Shown: positions 35,601 through 46,340, counted from the first letter of the stretch. The stretch: 64,000 bases of DNA from a virus (IMGVR_UViG_3300044719_000205:4702-68701); one strand, 5' to 3'. A program made the numbers and translations. The notes: a model not told the origin generated them from the sequence alone.

Positions 35601-37849
35601 AGGACCCCGATGAAGTCGTAGTTGAAGTGGCCCGAGCCGTCGTTGATGATCAGGTTGCCCAGGCGCGACTGCGCGCCGTCGATCTCTTCGTCATAGGCGA
35701 CCTGCAGCGCGCCGAAGCAGCTCCAGGTAGCGAACATGAACTGGATGTTGTCGAACTCATCCGGCGACTTCGCGAGCCAGCGATCGGGCGTGCCTTGCGG
35801 CTTGAGTTGGATGATCCCCTGGTCGTTGTCGCACACGAGATAGGCCGTGACCTTCTGGGTGTCCGGGTCGCTGACCGTGGTGCTGGTAGCAAGCGGTACT
35901 GGCGGGGGCTTCGGCAGCAGGTCGGCGTTGTCGCACAGATTGAGCCAGCTGTCGTCACCGAGCATGTCGATCGTGCACGTATCGTCGGTGGTCGAATACT
36001 CGCTATAGACCTTGCGGTCGTATTGCGTGTAGCAACCCGTGCCCGGCCCCGGCGGGTGGTAGAAGGTGCGGTACGTGAGGTAGCCCTTGGGGTGCAGCAA
36101 CGACTTGTTGTAGTCGATGGTCGTCGCCGTCGTGCCACCCGAGTTGAAATCGAGGTTGGCGTAGACGTAGCCGTCGCGCATGCCGGCCGGGACCACGATC
36201 GCACCGCGGTTGTAGTGCCCCGCGGGGAACTTCGTCGTGGTGACGGTGCGGTAGCGCCGCGACTTCTGTGCGAAGCCCCAGCACGGGATTGGCGACATGT
36301 CCAGCTCGTCCCCCACGGAGTAGAACCACTTGCCCATGTCCGAGCTGGTGATATCCGTGCGCTGAGTGGTCGAGTCCGGCGGTGCGCGGTCGTCGAAGTC
36401 CGTGGTGTGGAACGTCGGTGGGATCGCAACGAAGGTCTGGTCGGTCTCGCTGTACCACGAGCCGATGAACATGCAGTCGGTGAAGTCGTTCGTGGTCTTC
36501 GGTGCGGGGTTCGTCACCGTCCGGTCCCAGAAATACTTCACCAGCTTGAGCTGGCCGTTTACGTGACACACGTGCATCGTGCAATCACATAGCGGCACAC
36601 CGGCCGCGCTCGTGTCCGGCGTGAAGTCGGTGTTCGACGCAAGCATCTCCACCGAGAGCAGTCCCGGCAGCAGAGGCTCGTAGAACTTGATCGGCGGCGG
36701 CGAGTTCTTTGAGGGATGGTAGAGCTTGCCCTCGCTCACCAGCGTGAGGACCGCACTACCGTCGGCGATCGGTTCGTTCGGCTGCAGGTCAGTCTTCAAC
36801 GCGCCGATGTGGATCTGCAGGCTGTAGTGGCGCGCCCGACGGATGTTGTCATCGCCCCAGGTCCAGCCGGTGTTGTGCGCCTCGCTACCGTCGTCGCTGA
36901 AGCTCCAGCCCATGGCGGTCGAGTAGGCGGCCATCGAGTAGAAGTCACTCAGCGCCGAGGCTGGCGCGAGCTGGATCACCGTGCCTGCTTTGATCGCCTT
37001 CTGCAGCGCGGACCCGGTGGGGAAAGCGAGCCCACTCGGCAGGCCCTTGAACTCGTGCGCGGCCTGCGCGCGGGCGTCACCGTTCGGGTCAGCGAGGTGT
37101 GCCGTGTTGGGGGCAAGCGGCAGCGGCGTGGCGATCACGCCGTTGGAGATGCCGATCTCCACCAGCCACAGCTTGTCGTCAGCCGCCTTGACGATGCCGT
37201 GCGTGCGCATCCAACGGTAGTCGTAGCGGATCTGCACGCCGTACTGCTGGTACAGCTGCTTGTCCCGGCCGGTGACTGGGATCTGCACCGTTGGCAGGAA
37301 GCCATAGCCCAGCACGACCTGCACACACTTGCGCATCAGCCCCGAGTACATCGCCGGCTTGAGCGCGCTGTACTGGCTGGTGCGGCCGTTGGGGTCCGCG
37401 TACTCGAAGAACGCCGACCAGGGTGCCACGCCCAGGCGCGGCGACAGCGCGTAGCCGCCCTTCAGGTGGAAGCGCTCGGCGCAGGCCGCGGTGGGCTTGA
37501 ACGAGTCGAGTTGCTTGATGGTCCGGGTCGAGCCGTCGGCGAGCGGGATCACTTTGGTCTGCAGCGTGCCGCCGCGAGTGACCCCGGAGAGGAAGTCGAG
37601 CGGAAACTGCGCGGTGGGCTCTTCGAAGGAGACCTCACTCTGCGGTGCGACGAAGACATGCACCACCTCGGTCTCGCCCACCTTGAGGACGTAGATGTAG
37701 CCATCATCGTCCAGGGCGCTGTTCAGGCCGGCGACGCCCGTGCCCGAAGTCGCCGCCATCGTCCGCACCTTGTACAGCAGGTTCTGCGCTGTGGAGAGAT
37801 GCTGATGGGCGGCGTCTTCGTCACCTTCGTAGATGAAGCGCGCCGGCAT
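35597..37849 (-). CDS. Tail-associated virion protein
   Basis: 750 aa beta-rich ORF in the tail module. Confidence 0.65.
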   Translation of the reverse strand: MPARFIYEGDEDAAHQHLSTAQNLLYKVRTMAATSGTGVAGLNSALDDDGYIYVLKVGETEVVHVFVAPQSEVSFEEPTAQFPLDFLSGVTRGGTLQTKVIPLADGSTRTIKQLDSFKPTAACAERFHLKGGYALSPRLGVAPWSAFFEYADPNGRTSQYSALKPAMYSGLMRKCVQVVLGYGFLPTVQIPVTGRDKQLYQQYGVQIRYDYRWMRTHGIVKAADDKLWLVEIGISNGVIATPLPLAPNTAHLADPNGDARAQAAHEFKGLPSGLAFPTGSALQKAIKAGTVIQLAPASALSDFYSMAAYSTAMGWSFSDDGSEAHNTGWTWGDDNIRRARHYSLQIHIGALKTDLQPNEPIADGSAVLTLVSEGKLYHPSKNSPPPIKFYEPLLPGLLSVEMLASNTDFTPDTSAAGVPLCDCTMHVCHVNGQLKLVKYFWDRTVTNPAPKTTNDFTDCMFIGSWYSETDQTFVAIPPTFHTTDFDDRAPPDSTTQRTDITSSDMGKWFYSVGDELDMSPIPCWGFAQKSRRYRTVTTTKFPAGHYNRGAIVVPAGMRDGYVYANLDFNSGGTTATTIDYNKSLLHPKGYLTYRTFYHPPGPGTGCYTQYDRKVYSEYSTTDDTCTIDMLGDDSWLNLCDNADLLPKPPPVPLATSTTVSDPDTQKVTAYLVCDNDQGIIQLKPQGTPDRWLAKSPDEFDNIQFMFATWSCFGALQVAYDEEIDGAQSRLGNLIINDGSGHFNYDFIGVL

Positions 37850-37855
37850 GACACA

Positions 37856-38461
37856 TCAGGACGAGGCGAGCGTCACGCGGTAGCCGCAGTTGAACACGTC
37901 GGTGTTGTTGAGCACGCGCGTCGAGCTGAACTTCGTGGCCGAGGCGAGCGTGCCGGAGGTGTCGCCGCGCACGTTCGAGGACAGCAGCGCTGCACCGGTG
38001 ACGTTGAGCTGGCTCGCGGTGGCGATGGTGAACGCAGCGCGCGCCGCGGTGTTGTCGATCGCGTCAGCGCTCGGTGCCGCCGGCGTGAAGGCCTGCCGCG
38101 TAGTCTCGGTGTAGCCCTCGGTGGTGCTGGTGATCTCGCTCGCGGTGGAGGCGAAGTTCGCCGCGGTCCAGTTGTTGGCCGGGCTCACGCTGCCGTTGAA
38201 CAGCGCGATGTACCAGTTGTTGATCTTGGCGTCGGTGTAGAACATCACACCGAGCATCTTGATCAGGCCCTGGTCGACCAGCAGGTTGTGGTCGACCCGC
38301 TCGTCCTGGCCGTTCACGTCGTGCACGTACTCGCCACGGGCGAACGCACGCGCGGCCGGGAAGTACAGCCCGTCTTCGGTGCGCTCGTACTTGAAGTTGC
38401 GCAGGTAGCGCAGGAACTCACCGGCGTGCCGGACCATATCAGCGGGGAGGATGGATCGCAT
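37856..38461 (-). CDS. Virion structural protein
   Basis: HNLLVDQGL, WYIALF, F.I.....V.GAAL pattern seen in phage tail-associated proteins. Confidence 0.65.
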   Translation of the reverse strand: MRSILPADMVRHAGEFLRYLRNFKYERTEDGLYFPAARAFARGEYVHDVNGQDERVDHNLLVDQGLIKMLGVMFYTDAKINNWYIALFNGSVSPANNWTAANFASTASEITSTTEGYTETTRQAFTPAAPSADAIDNTAARAAFTIATASQLNVTGAALLSSNVRGDTSGTLASATKFSSTRVLNNTDVFNCGYRVTLASS

Positions 38462-38471
38462 TTCGAACTCC

Positions 38472-38486
38472 GATCGAAGTTAGACG
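38472..38486. promoter_or_regulatory. Operator-like site (GATCGAA-G-TTAGACG)
   Basis: Motif copy about 10 bp upstream of ATG 38461. Confidence 0.55.
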
Positions 38487-39739
38487 TTAGAGTCCACCGC
38501 AGAACCAAGCCCGGCGGAACGGGGGGATTCTACGATGGAAAGGACCTGCTTGACACCGTCCTTAGAGAACGCTACGGCGCCGCCGGAATCAAAGATTGGA
38601 AGGGCGATGCGGTCCTCCTGGAGGTCGTGGACCTGCCCGTTGGGCATGCCCAGCGACCAGCCCAGGCGGCCCAGCCACATCGCGACGAGCCCATCGACGG
38701 TGGCCGCGATCTTGGGCGGCAGCACCGCGCCGTGCACCAGGGTGCTGGCGTAGGGCGTGGGGATGTTGACGCAGGCGATGCTCTGGGTGAAGTCTCCAGG
38801 GCCGGTGCCGGCGAGGAAGTACACCGCTTCGTTGGTGCCTACATACACCCCACCATCCACCGGCTCGATCATCACGATCTCGGTGTTGAAGTTCACGAAG
38901 TCGCTGCGCGGGTCGGTGAGGCCGTAGCGGAACGGTTGGCTGAAGACCAGCGTGTTGCCCACCGCGACCAGGACGCGCCCATGGAACACACGCACGATCG
39001 AGCCCGCCGGCATGCGGTGCAGGTTGCGGTTGTCCGCCATCTTCGTGGGGTTCGCCGACAGCAGCTGGGCGATGTCGTTCGTGGTGTATTCGGCGACCTG
39101 ATAGAGCACGTCGCCATTGACGGGCGTGCAGTACACGCGCAGGGTCGCCACTCCGGTCGGGAACGGCGGCGTGTACAGGCTGAAGCCGCCCTGGGAATCG
39201 AGCGTCACCGAGGTCATCGGCGAGAGGCCGCTCTCCTCGCCGCTGGGCAGCAGGTAGCTGCAGGCGAGGGTGTAGTTGCCCGCCGGGAGCGTGCCAGTGC
39301 CCAGGGGGATCACGCTGAGGGCTGGCGGGTCCTGCACGCCCAGCAGCCGGCAGCTCGTGCGCGTCACGACACCCAGCTCGCGGCCGTTGGTGAAGAACAC
39401 CTCGTCGGCGTGCTCGAAGTAGCTCATGCGCAGGTTCGGCGTCACGCCCAGAATCGTCGCCGTCAGTGTCGAGCCGTCGTCACCGAGCACCATGCGCTTC
39501 AGACTCGAGCCTTGCACGTACAAGCCGAAGCTCTGGTCCCGCGCACCGAACAGGTCGTGCGCATCGTCCAGCGCGGCGAGCTTGGTGAAGCCGTCGCGCG
39601 TGCGGAAGTTGCCGTACACGTCGAAGTCGACGTTGACGGCATCGCGCGCCCCGCCCTTCGGGATCGAGGTCTCGTCGGACATCATGTCGATGCCGAGCTT
39701 GAAGTCGGTGAGATTGAGGTCCTGCTTCAGCATGCGCAT
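38480..39739 (-). CDS. Tail nozzle / tail tubular B-like protein
   Basis: G....DE.S......RDA.NVD, beta-propeller-like composition, GR..VA.GN.L.FS.P. Confidence 0.65.
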   Translation of the reverse strand: MRMLKQDLNLTDFKLGIDMMSDETSIPKGGARDAVNVDFDVYGNFRTRDGFTKLAALDDAHDLFGARDQSFGLYVQGSSLKRMVLGDDGSTLTATILGVTPNLRMSYFEHADEVFFTNGRELGVVTRTSCRLLGVQDPPALSVIPLGTGTLPAGNYTLACSYLLPSGEESGLSPMTSVTLDSQGGFSLYTPPFPTGVATLRVYCTPVNGDVLYQVAEYTTNDIAQLLSANPTKMADNRNLHRMPAGSIVRVFHGRVLVAVGNTLVFSQPFRYGLTDPRSDFVNFNTEIVMIEPVDGGVYVGTNEAVYFLAGTGPGDFTQSIACVNIPTPYASTLVHGAVLPPKIAATVDGLVAMWLGRLGWSLGMPNGQVHDLQEDRIALPIFDSGGAVAFSKDGVKQVLSIVESPRSAGLGSAVDSNV

Positions 39740-42700
39740 GCTCCTACGCGAGGTTTGCCATAGTTCGAAGTGTCGCCGAGGCCAGCCACGGCGCCGCGGA
39801 AGTTCGGGTCGATACCCACGAGCGGTGCTGGCACCAGCTCTTCGTCAATGCCCAGCGGCGCCGGGGTGTAGCGCAGCCACACGTGCATCGGTGCGAAGAT
39901 GCCAGAGCCGACCTCGTAATCCCACTGCTCCATGTCGAAGCCCTCGGTGTCAACGTTGCGGATGCGGAACGAGGCCCAGGTCGTGCCAAAGAGGCTCGTG
40001 TCCGTGCCCGTCGGGTAGACCACCACCGGCGGGTGCACTGAGGTGTCGCCGGTCACCTGGAAACCGTAGTAGCCCGGCACGCTGATGGTGCGGTTGAACA
40101 GCTCCACGTCGGCGGTGCCGAAGCTACCCATGCTGTTGCCGATCGGGTTCACATAGGGGCTCGTGTTGGGCGCGAACGCGACCGTGGCGTTGCCCCACTG
40201 TGTGCCGATCGGCGTGGTCGGATTGAGCGGATCCGTAGTGGAGTCGTCGTACTCCCAGTAGACATCGACCTCCTGGTCGCCACCGAGCAGCGTCGCGAAA
40301 CCGAACTTGCCCGCCCATCCGGTCAGGAAGAGGGTGCGCCGCGCGAGGGCCACCATGCCCTGCCCCATCTGCTCGCCCACGGTGGCGTCGTACGTCTGGT
40401 CATTAGTGATGTGGTACTGCGCGATCGTGCGGTTGGCATTGGTCACCACCGGCGAGCCGAACACTGGCCGGTGGAACGGGTCGATCGGGTTGTCGGCGCA
40501 ATCGACGATCGCCTCTGGGAGAACCAGCAGACCGTTGAAGTCTTCGGAGATGCGCAGGTAGAACGGCCAGAGGTGATGCGTCTGCGGGAAGAACGTCTCG
40601 CACGGGTCGAGATTGTTCATGTACGTCGGGTTGGTGACGTACTGCGTCGGGTTGAGCGACGGTCGCCCCACCGAGTAGTCCTCGTCGAGCGGCACCGAGG
40701 TCGGCGCGATGACGTTGGTGCGCACGCTCGGGCGGCCCCACGCTGTGGGGTTGCCACCGTTCTGGTACGGGTCCCACGGCGGCACGCGGATACTGCGGAT
40801 GTTGAACACTGGCGTGCCGTACTGCGCCGGGTCGAGCGTGATGCCAAAGCCAGGGAACGGCTGCACCAGCACCGTTTGCTGCGGCGGGATCTGCGGCGCG
40901 TCGAAGTGCACGTCGTGCGTGAGCGGGATCTTCAGGCCCAGGATGCCGTTGGGCAACACGTAGCGCGTGCGCGGGCCGACGTAGGTCGAGCCGAACTGCG
41001 TGCTAGTGATCCCCTGCCCTGCCACGTCGAGCGTGCGCGTGTAGAGCCCGACATAGGCGCGACCGAAGCCTTCCTCGATCCACGGCCATACTTGCAGCTC
41101 CGGCGTCACGTTGTGCACGTAGGGGCTGCCGAAGACCGACCAGTCGACGCCGTGCGTGCCGATGATGTTCCAGTGGATCTCCAGCACCGCGCCGCCGGGC
41201 ACGCCCGAGGCGATCCCCGGCGGCGCCACATACTGCGTCCACAGCGCGGCGGTCGGCTGCGGGAAGAACCCAGCCGGGATACCGCGGTTGTGGTCATCGA
41301 GCGTGATCGTGCGGATCGCGTAGGCGACCATCGCGTCACCGAACTCGGTGAACAGCGTGCGCGTACCGTTGAGGTCGACGGTCTGATCGTCGCGGAATGC
41401 GTACGGCGTGCCAGGGTAGCCGTGCGGGATGCCACTCGGATACAGCACCGAGCTGGCGTTGTACACCGCGTGCCAAGGCACGAAGTACGACATGTCGTCG
41501 CCTTCGGGCTGCAGATAGCGCACCGCGAAGGAGACGAACTGGGTGCCGAACAGCGTGAGGTCGTTGCCCTCGGGAGCAAGTACGCGGGCGTTGTTCGCCA
41601 CCAGCGCGCCGGTGGGCACCTTCGATGTGTCCGTGCCGTAGGCGAGGATGACCTTGTTGCGGTTTTCGACGTATGGTGTGCCCGGCTGGCCTTGCAGCAG
41701 GTGCGTGGGCTCGTCGAAGACCTCGGTGACGAACTGCAGGCTGTTGAAGACGAGCGCGGTGCCGAAAGCTGACAGGTCGCCGCTGTCGCGCACACCGACG
41801 TAGCGTCGGTACAGCTCCACATCCGGCACGCCGAGCGCACCCAGGATCGGCGAGGGCGTGAGCAGACGCTCGTTGCGCGCGATCGTGAGCAGGCCGAAGT
41901 CGCCCGGCGGCACGCCCCACGTGCCCTCGTCGATGGTCTGCAGCGCCTGCTGGACCTTCGGGCCGCCGAACTGCAGGTTCGAATACTGCCAGCCGATGCC
42001 CGCCGGAGCGAGGCTGCGCACGACGAAGGACGCCCAGGCAGTACCGAAGGCCTCCTCGTTGATCTTGCCGACCTCGCTGACCGTGCGCACGGTCGACTCG
42101 ACATCCGGCGTGCCGTAGGTCGACACATCGCCCGCGCCGATGTTGGTGAACGTGCGCGTGTAGAACGAGACCCAGGTGGTACTTGCGAACCCGGAGGTGT
42201 CGCCGAGCCCCACGTTCTGCAGGTAGCGGATCGCCGGTGCGATGAAGTCGAGGTGCGGGTCGGCAACCGGCGCGATGCCCGGCGGCGCAACCGTGGCAGC
42301 GAGATTGACGATCGACGCACCAGTGGGGACCGTGCCCGGGGCGATCTGCGTCGGGTAGACGTAGCGCACGTAGGCGCCAACGTCAGCAGTACCGAAGGTG
42401 AGCGAGTCGAACCCGGGTGGCGCCAGCGTCGGCGCGTAGTTCCAGATCTCAGTCGCCCGGGTGGCGAAGCCCGGATGGTGCACCACCAGCATCGTGGCCG
42501 GGTCCACCACCCAGTCGACGCTCGTGTGCGGCACCGTGCAGAGATAGCCGTTGACCGCCTCCAAGCCGATCTGCTGCCCGGCCACCATCGCCTCGGCGGT
42601 CGCGAGCTGTAGCGGGCCGCCGTTCTGCACCAGCGTCGTCGCGTCGTAGCGATACAGGAAGCTATCCTGCATCACGAAGACGTTGCTGCCGATCTTGCGT

Positions 42701-44493
42701 CGTGGGTAGCTCTCCAGGCCCGTCGGCGCCGTGCCCATCAGCGCGGCGTTGAACGCGTCGATGGAGGCCGTGTCGTTATTGAACCCGGTGATCCCACTAC
42801 CGAACGCGTAGTGGAAGACGATGCCGTCGAAGTAGAAGTCGAAGCCGGCGCCGGTCGCCAGGAGCGATACGCGGACAACGTCCGTACCACTGATCCACGT
42901 CTCGGTGGCGTTCAGCAGATAGTTCGATCCGTCGGCGTCATTCGCCGTCAGGATGAGGGTGTCGTCGCCTTTCGCCGTCGCCGTGACCGTGCCGTAGTCT
43001 GCGCCGCCGCGCACCATGTGCACGGTGACTTTGACGATCGGGATGCCGGTGATGTTGTCGAAGGTGACCGAGCGCTGCAGTAGCCCGAACACTGCCCCCG
43101 ACGTGGCCGCGCTCTCGTAGCCGTCAGAGGAAGTGCCCTCGGGGGTGCTTCCTGTGACGTAGCGGTACGGCGTGATGGCGGTAACCGCGTCGTTGCTGAC
43201 CAGGGCCGTGACCGGCTGCGCGAGCAGCGGCAGCAGGTTCGAGTAGCTCGAAGCCGGTGCACCGAAGTCGTCGATGCCGTACGGCAGCAGGACGCGGTTC
43301 TTGTTCTCGACATCGGCGAACTCGGAAACTGCGCCGTCGTTGGCGCCGGCTGGCGCGACGAACTGGTCGAGGTTCTTGACCGTGATGTCGCCGAAGATCC
43401 CTGCTTCCACCAGCGACGGCGGGTACAGGTACACCCGCATGACCGTGGCCGTGGGCTGGCCCAGGTCGCCGAGGATCGGATCAGGCGTGATGTACTGCTG
43501 GTTGCCGCCGATAGTCGGCGTGCCATACGCGTCGGACTCGAAGCCTTGCGGGTGCGGGTTCGGCTGCACCGCCGGGCCGCCCCACGCGAGGCCTGAGAAG
43601 CCCGTCGCGTACAGGATGCGCGGGCTGACGTTGACGCTGCCGAACGAACCTGGGGCGATACCGCTGGGCGCGAGCGTGAAGGTCGGGAACAGCGGCGTGC
43701 CGAATGCCTGCGAGACCCAGCCAGTGGGCGTGACGTACTGATGCCAGTTCGAGACCCAGGTCGTGCCGGCCGCGAAAGAACCGAGGCCGCTCGGCTTGAT
43801 CCACTGCTGGCCGAGCCACACGCGCCCAGTGCCGAAGCTGCCCGGGCCGATGCCCTGCCCGCTCGCATCAACTGCCTGCTCGGCGTTGATGATCGCCGGC
43901 GCGCCGAAAGCCTCGTCCTGCCAGCCCTGCTCGAACGCCCCCTGCGCGACGTTGTAGACCGTCGCCGTGCCGAAGGAACCGCTGGCGACGCCGTTTGGTG
44001 CCAGCTGCCTGAACACGTGCGTGTTCTGGAAGTCGATCGGCAGGTTGTTTCCCGTCGGCGGGGTATAGCCGCCGACGAAGTTGAAAGGAACGGCGTGACC
44101 GTACGGCGGGGAGTAGTAGCCGAGGACGATACTGAAGATCGACCCAACGGTTTCACCACCGAACCCGGAGGCTGCCACCGTGCGGACATTCGAAGCGCGC
44201 GCCGACCCGAACAGATCGTTGAGCGTCCACTGCGTGATGACCTGCCGCCCCTTGAGGGTCGCAGTTGGCGTGCCGTAGCTCGACTGGTCAGTACCGGTTG
44301 GTACTACGCTAGGAGATACGTTCCCGCAGATCGCTGCGCCGACACCGCTCGGTGCGATGCCGATTGCGCCGATGTAGGCAGCATTCGGCAACGAGCCGAA
44401 GTCGCCAGAGACGGCCGACCCTCCCGGCGGCGTGTACGCGCTGCCGTGAAAATCGAGCGGTACGTTCGTACCGACAGGCGGCGCGTAGCTCAC
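39727..44493 (-). CDS. Large repetitive tail fibre/spike protein (1588 aa)
   Basis: Many imperfect ~45-aa 'P.G.....FG...V.N' units; non-repetitive central insert. Confidence 0.7.
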   Translation of the reverse strand: MSYAPPVGTNVPLDFHGSAYTPPGGSAVSGDFGSLPNAAYIGAIGIAPSGVGAAICGNVSPSVVPTGTDQSSYGTPTATLKGRQVITQWTLNDLFGSARASNVRTVAASGFGGETVGSIFSIVLGYYSPPYGHAVPFNFVGGYTPPTGNNLPIDFQNTHVFRQLAPNGVASGSFGTATVYNVAQGAFEQGWQDEAFGAPAIINAEQAVDASGQGIGPGSFGTGRVWLGQQWIKPSGLGSFAAGTTWVSNWHQYVTPTGWVSQAFGTPLFPTFTLAPSGIAPGSFGSVNVSPRILYATGFSGLAWGGPAVQPNPHPQGFESDAYGTPTIGGNQQYITPDPILGDLGQPTATVMRVYLYPPSLVEAGIFGDITVKNLDQFVAPAGANDGAVSEFADVENKNRVLLPYGIDDFGAPASSYSNLLPLLAQPVTALVSNDAVTAITPYRYVTGSTPEGTSSDGYESAATSGAVFGLLQRSVTFDNITGIPIVKVTVHMVRGGADYGTVTATAKGDDTLILTANDADGSNYLLNATETWISGTDVVRVSLLATGAGFDFYFDGIVFHYAFGSGITGFNNDTASIDAFNAALMGTAPTGLESYPRRKIGSNVFVMQDSFLYRYDATTLVQNGGPLQLATAEAMVAGQQIGLEAVNGYLCTVPHTSVDWVVDPATMLVVHHPGFATRATEIWNYAPTLAPPGFDSLTFGTADVGAYVRYVYPTQIAPGTVPTGASIVNLAATVAPPGIAPVADPHLDFIAPAIRYLQNVGLGDTSGFASTTWVSFYTRTFTNIGAGDVSTYGTPDVESTVRTVSEVGKINEEAFGTAWASFVVRSLAPAGIGWQYSNLQFGGPKVQQALQTIDEGTWGVPPGDFGLLTIARNERLLTPSPILGALGVPDVELYRRYVGVRDSGDLSAFGTALVFNSLQFVTEVFDEPTHLLQGQPGTPYVENRNKVILAYGTDTSKVPTGALVANNARVLAPEGNDLTLFGTQFVSFAVRYLQPEGDDMSYFVPWHAVYNASSVLYPSGIPHGYPGTPYAFRDDQTVDLNGTRTLFTEFGDAMVAYAIRTITLDDHNRGIPAGFFPQPTAALWTQYVAPPGIASGVPGGAVLEIHWNIIGTHGVDWSVFGSPYVHNVTPELQVWPWIEEGFGRAYVGLYTRTLDVAGQGITSTQFGSTYVGPRTRYVLPNGILGLKIPLTHDVHFDAPQIPPQQTVLVQPFPGFGITLDPAQYGTPVFNIRSIRVPPWDPYQNGGNPTAWGRPSVRTNVIAPTSVPLDEDYSVGRPSLNPTQYVTNPTYMNNLDPCETFFPQTHHLWPFYLRISEDFNGLLVLPEAIVDCADNPIDPFHRPVFGSPVVTNANRTIAQYHITNDQTYDATVGEQMGQGMVALARRTLFLTGWAGKFGFATLLGGDQEVDVYWEYDDSTTDPLNPTTPIGTQWGNATVAFAPNTSPYVNPIGNSMGSFGTADVELFNRTISVPGYYGFQVTGDTSVHPPVVVYPTGTDTSLFGTTWASFRIRNVDTEGFDMEQWDYEVGSGIFAPMHVWLRYTPAPLGIDEELVPAPLVGIDPNFRGAVAGLGDTSNYGKPRVGACAC

Positions 44494-44501
44494 GGAGGTC
44501 C

Positions 44502-44906
44502 TTACACGGGCGTCAGCCTATCGAAGATGATGGCGTTGTACTGCGTGCCGCCGTCAGGGTCGAAGGCGATCACGAAGAAGGCAGTGGTGTCGGTGGCGTC
44601 GAGACCCGGAAAGCTAAACGAGCCGTCCGAAGCCGTCCACGTCGAAGCGATCAGCTGCCCGCCCGGCCGGTAATAGCACCGTACTAAGGCATGCGAGACC
44701 GGCGTACCGTTGTCGCTGACGACGCCCGACAGCGTACCGCTCGTGTTCGACCACACAACGCCGTGTTGGTCATACCATTTGTACGGCGACGACAGCTTTG
44801 TCATCGGACCCGTCTTAGCGACAACAGCACCGACGAAAGGATTCAGCGACAGCGTCGAGACTGTTCGCTTGAGGTAGTTGTTGGCCGAGTACGGAAGCGC
44901 CGCCAT
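44502..44906 (-). CDS. Tail accessory protein with an Ig/carboxypeptidase-regulatory-like domain
   Basis: LSG.V...G.PV....VR.Y....G.LI.ST.T..DG.FSF; TGATG start 44906. Confidence 0.65.
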   Translation of the reverse strand: MAALPYSANNYLKRTVSTLSLNPFVGAVVAKTGPMTKLSSPYKWYDQHGVVWSNTSGTLSGVVSDNGTPVSHALVRCYYRPGGQLIASTWTASDGSFSFPGLDATDTTAFFVIAFDPDGGTQYNAIIFDRLTPV

Positions 44907-45817
44907 CAGCTGTACCAAGTGTCTGAGGTCTCGAGCACGAATGCGTAGCTGTTGCCGAGCGGCATGTAGACGAACGTACGCCCGGCGAGATCACCGGCAC
45001 CGGAGAACGTATCGAGCGCATTCGCTTGATTAACGGCGTGCATCCAGGCCCATGCGCCGGGCATGTACCCACGACGCCCTGCGCTCGCTTCCCCGATGAA
45101 CAGGCGCGCGAGGTTGATGCCTCCGTCGATCGGGGAGGGGTACGGAATCGTCCCTTGCAGGTTGCTCATACCGCCGCCACCGGCATAGTCGGTGAATCGC
45201 GCAAAACCGGTCGACGTACCGATTTGCGTGTTCGCCCGCATCATGTAGGAGCCTCCACTCAGGGAGTTGAAGGCCGACGACAGGTTGACGAACTGGATGC
45301 TGCTGGACGTAGCGCTCGCCGACGTGTCACCAACGACCAGGGTGTTGTACGCATCGCCTGATTTGTACGACTTGAAGTCGCCGAATGCGTAGGCGTTGTT
45401 GGCCGTGCCCCAGGTGGACGGGGTAGTGCCGGCCGGAGAAGTTACGAGGTAGAACATCTTCCCGTCGGAGATGAAGTACCACGGACGGGTCGTTGACGAA
45501 GCAGCCGAACTCTTGTAGAGGTGAAGACCGCCGGACAACTGCACGTCTGTTGGCACCGGCCCTGTGCCCGACGAGATCGAGGACATCGTCTCGTAGGCAC
45601 GGAAGCGCGCGTCCTGACCACCGGTGTCGTCGACGTACAGGTAAAAGCCGTTCGAGCCCGCTGGCTGCTTGTATGCAGCGAGGTTGGTACTCGAGTACGG
45701 CTTCGTCCAGCCAAGCGTTGTGACCAGACAGAAGTCCAGCACCGCGATCAACGAACCGGCGATGCCGGTGAGCGAAGGCGCGCTGGCGGTCTGGTTCGTG
45801 ATGACGGTGATGGTCAT
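44906..45817 (-). CDS. Tail structural protein
   Basis: APSL.G..GSLI.VLD.CLV..GW; S/T/G-rich. Confidence 0.65.
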   Translation of the reverse strand: MTITVITNQTASAPSLTGIAGSLIAVLDFCLVTTLGWTKPYSSTNLAAYKQPAGSNGFYLYVDDTGGQDARFRAYETMSSISSGTGPVPTDVQLSGGLHLYKSSAASSTTRPWYFISDGKMFYLVTSPAGTTPSTWGTANNAYAFGDFKSYKSGDAYNTLVVGDTSASATSSSIQFVNLSSAFNSLSGGSYMMRANTQIGTSTGFARFTDYAGGGGMSNLQGTIPYPSPIDGGINLARLFIGEASAGRRGYMPGAWAWMHAVNQANALDTFSGAGDLAGRTFVYMPLGNSYAFVLETSDTWYS

Positions 45818-45834
45818 GACCTACTCCTAGCCGA

Positions 45835-46242
45835 TCAGAGCTTGAAGATCTTGTTCGGGCCGTTGTCCCAGGTCACGATGATGTCGCCGCCGTTGGGCGT
45901 GATCGGCAGGCCCGTCGCGGTGTCGATGTAGGCGATCAGCGGGCTGGTCGATTCGACGCCGGTGTCCTTGTACAGGATGATCGCCTCGATCGAGGGCCCG
46001 CTCACCGCGCTGAAGGTCACGTCCGCCGCGTCCGCTGCGCCGCCCGTGGTGGTCTTCGAGGTCAGCGTCACCGGCGTGGTGACGCGCGCACCGCTCGACA
46101 CGTCCGAGAGGTACTGGTGCGTGGAGAGGTTCACGGTGTACGAGCCGGCGTCGATCAGGATCGCCTTGACCGTGTCGGTGAGCCAGTTGAACGAGCCTTC
46201 CAGGAAACGCTGGCGGCCGTAGTCGTAGAGAGCATTTGCCAT
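45835..46242 (-). CDS. Virion structural protein
   Basis: MANALY, DA.DVTF..V.G..IEAI.LY, LP.TPNGGDI...W; AGGAG SD. Confidence 0.75.
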   Translation of the reverse strand: MANALYDYGRQRFLEGSFNWLTDTVKAILIDAGSYTVNLSTHQYLSDVSSGARVTTPVTLTSKTTTGGAADAADVTFSAVSGPSIEAIILYKDTGVESTSPLIAYIDTATGLPITPNGGDIIVTWDNGPNKIFKL

Positions 46243-46268
46243 GGTTGGCTCCTATCTCGGGATGTTGA

Positions 46269-46294
46269 AGTCTAACGTAGATCGAAGTTCGATC
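46269..46294. promoter_or_regulatory. Tandem operator-like sites; perfect palindrome GATCGAA-G-TTCGATC at 46280-46294
   Basis: Intergenic, upstream of the tail operon; second copy offset 11 bp. Confidence 0.65.
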
Positions 46295-46301
46295 CAAAGG
46301 T

Positions 46302-46340
46302 GCGCCCCGGGGCCGGGGCAAGGTCCCTCCCCGGGGCGCG
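46302..46340. other. GC-rich hairpin downstream of the lysis genes
   Basis: GCGCCCCGGGG ... CCCCGGGGCGC. Confidence 0.45.
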
